Source of the DNA: Thermodesulfovibrionia bacterium | GTDB taxonomy: Bacteria > Nitrospirota > Thermodesulfovibrionia > UBA6902 | DNA length: 46,452 nt | Direction: 5' to 3' | Assembly: GCA_038918635.1 (NCBI GenBank) | Contig: JBCKZY010000004.1 | Location: forward strand, 1-46,452 | In this document: piece by piece, positions 46,440 through 46,452 of the stretch | How positions within the stretch are numbered: the first letter of the stretch is position 1 | Layout of the letters: the number at the start of each line of letters is the position of its first letter | Position numbers and translations under genes: made by a program | The notes under the pieces: model-generated | Told to the model about the DNA's origin: nothing | The model's input: only the letters and a program-made list of their open reading frames with translations | Database searches by the model: none

Positions 46440-46452
46440 CTTTTCCTCCTTA

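Noticed and set aside
1-46452. tRNA, rRNA, integrase or intact transposase genes
   Set aside because: No T-loop/cloverleaf, rRNA-like segment, or DDE/tyrosine-recombinase ORF was seen on either strand.

Overview
Chromosomal segment of an anaerobic diderm bacterium. The RpoB/RpoC/L7-L12 sequences look like Nitrospirota (Thermodesulfovibrionia-like); this is inference and no database search was run. In order, the window holds: the 3' part of a sigma-54 activator; a ComEC-type metallo-beta-lactamase lipoprotein; [NiFe]-hydrogenase maturation genes (hypF, then hypC-A-B-E-D, minus strand) with a DnaJ-domain gene, nitroreductase, lytic transglycosylase and an orphan between them; lptFG; deoC; a class IV aminotransferase; a ~19 kb surface-glycan locus; a 5'-truncated TrkA-type K+ channel fragment; and rplL-rpoB-rpoC. 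The glycan locus contains wzm, a 78-aa membrane ORF, wzt, two toxin-antitoxin pairs, a coiled-coil methyltransferase, three GT4 genes, a GT2, two GT-C-like membrane proteins and a WaaL-like ligase. No rRNA, tRNA, CRISPR array or intact transposase was found. Main signals: (1) the ABC-export glycan system has a methyltransferase with an expanding 42-bp repeat coiled coil (candidate tunable chain-length ruler), a small membrane protein wedged between wzm and wzt, membrane transferases sharing a C-terminal module, and two inactivating lesions; (2) many intergenic spacers hold tiny mobile-looking units, including four-helix-bundle genes bracketed by inverted short-unit arrays (intact, decayed and empty versions), a DUF559 cassette, MITEs with shared ends but different cargo, and 16-35 nt palindromes nested in one another; (3) rpoC ends in frame with a headless TrkA-type gene, which points to a rearrangement or an assembly junction.
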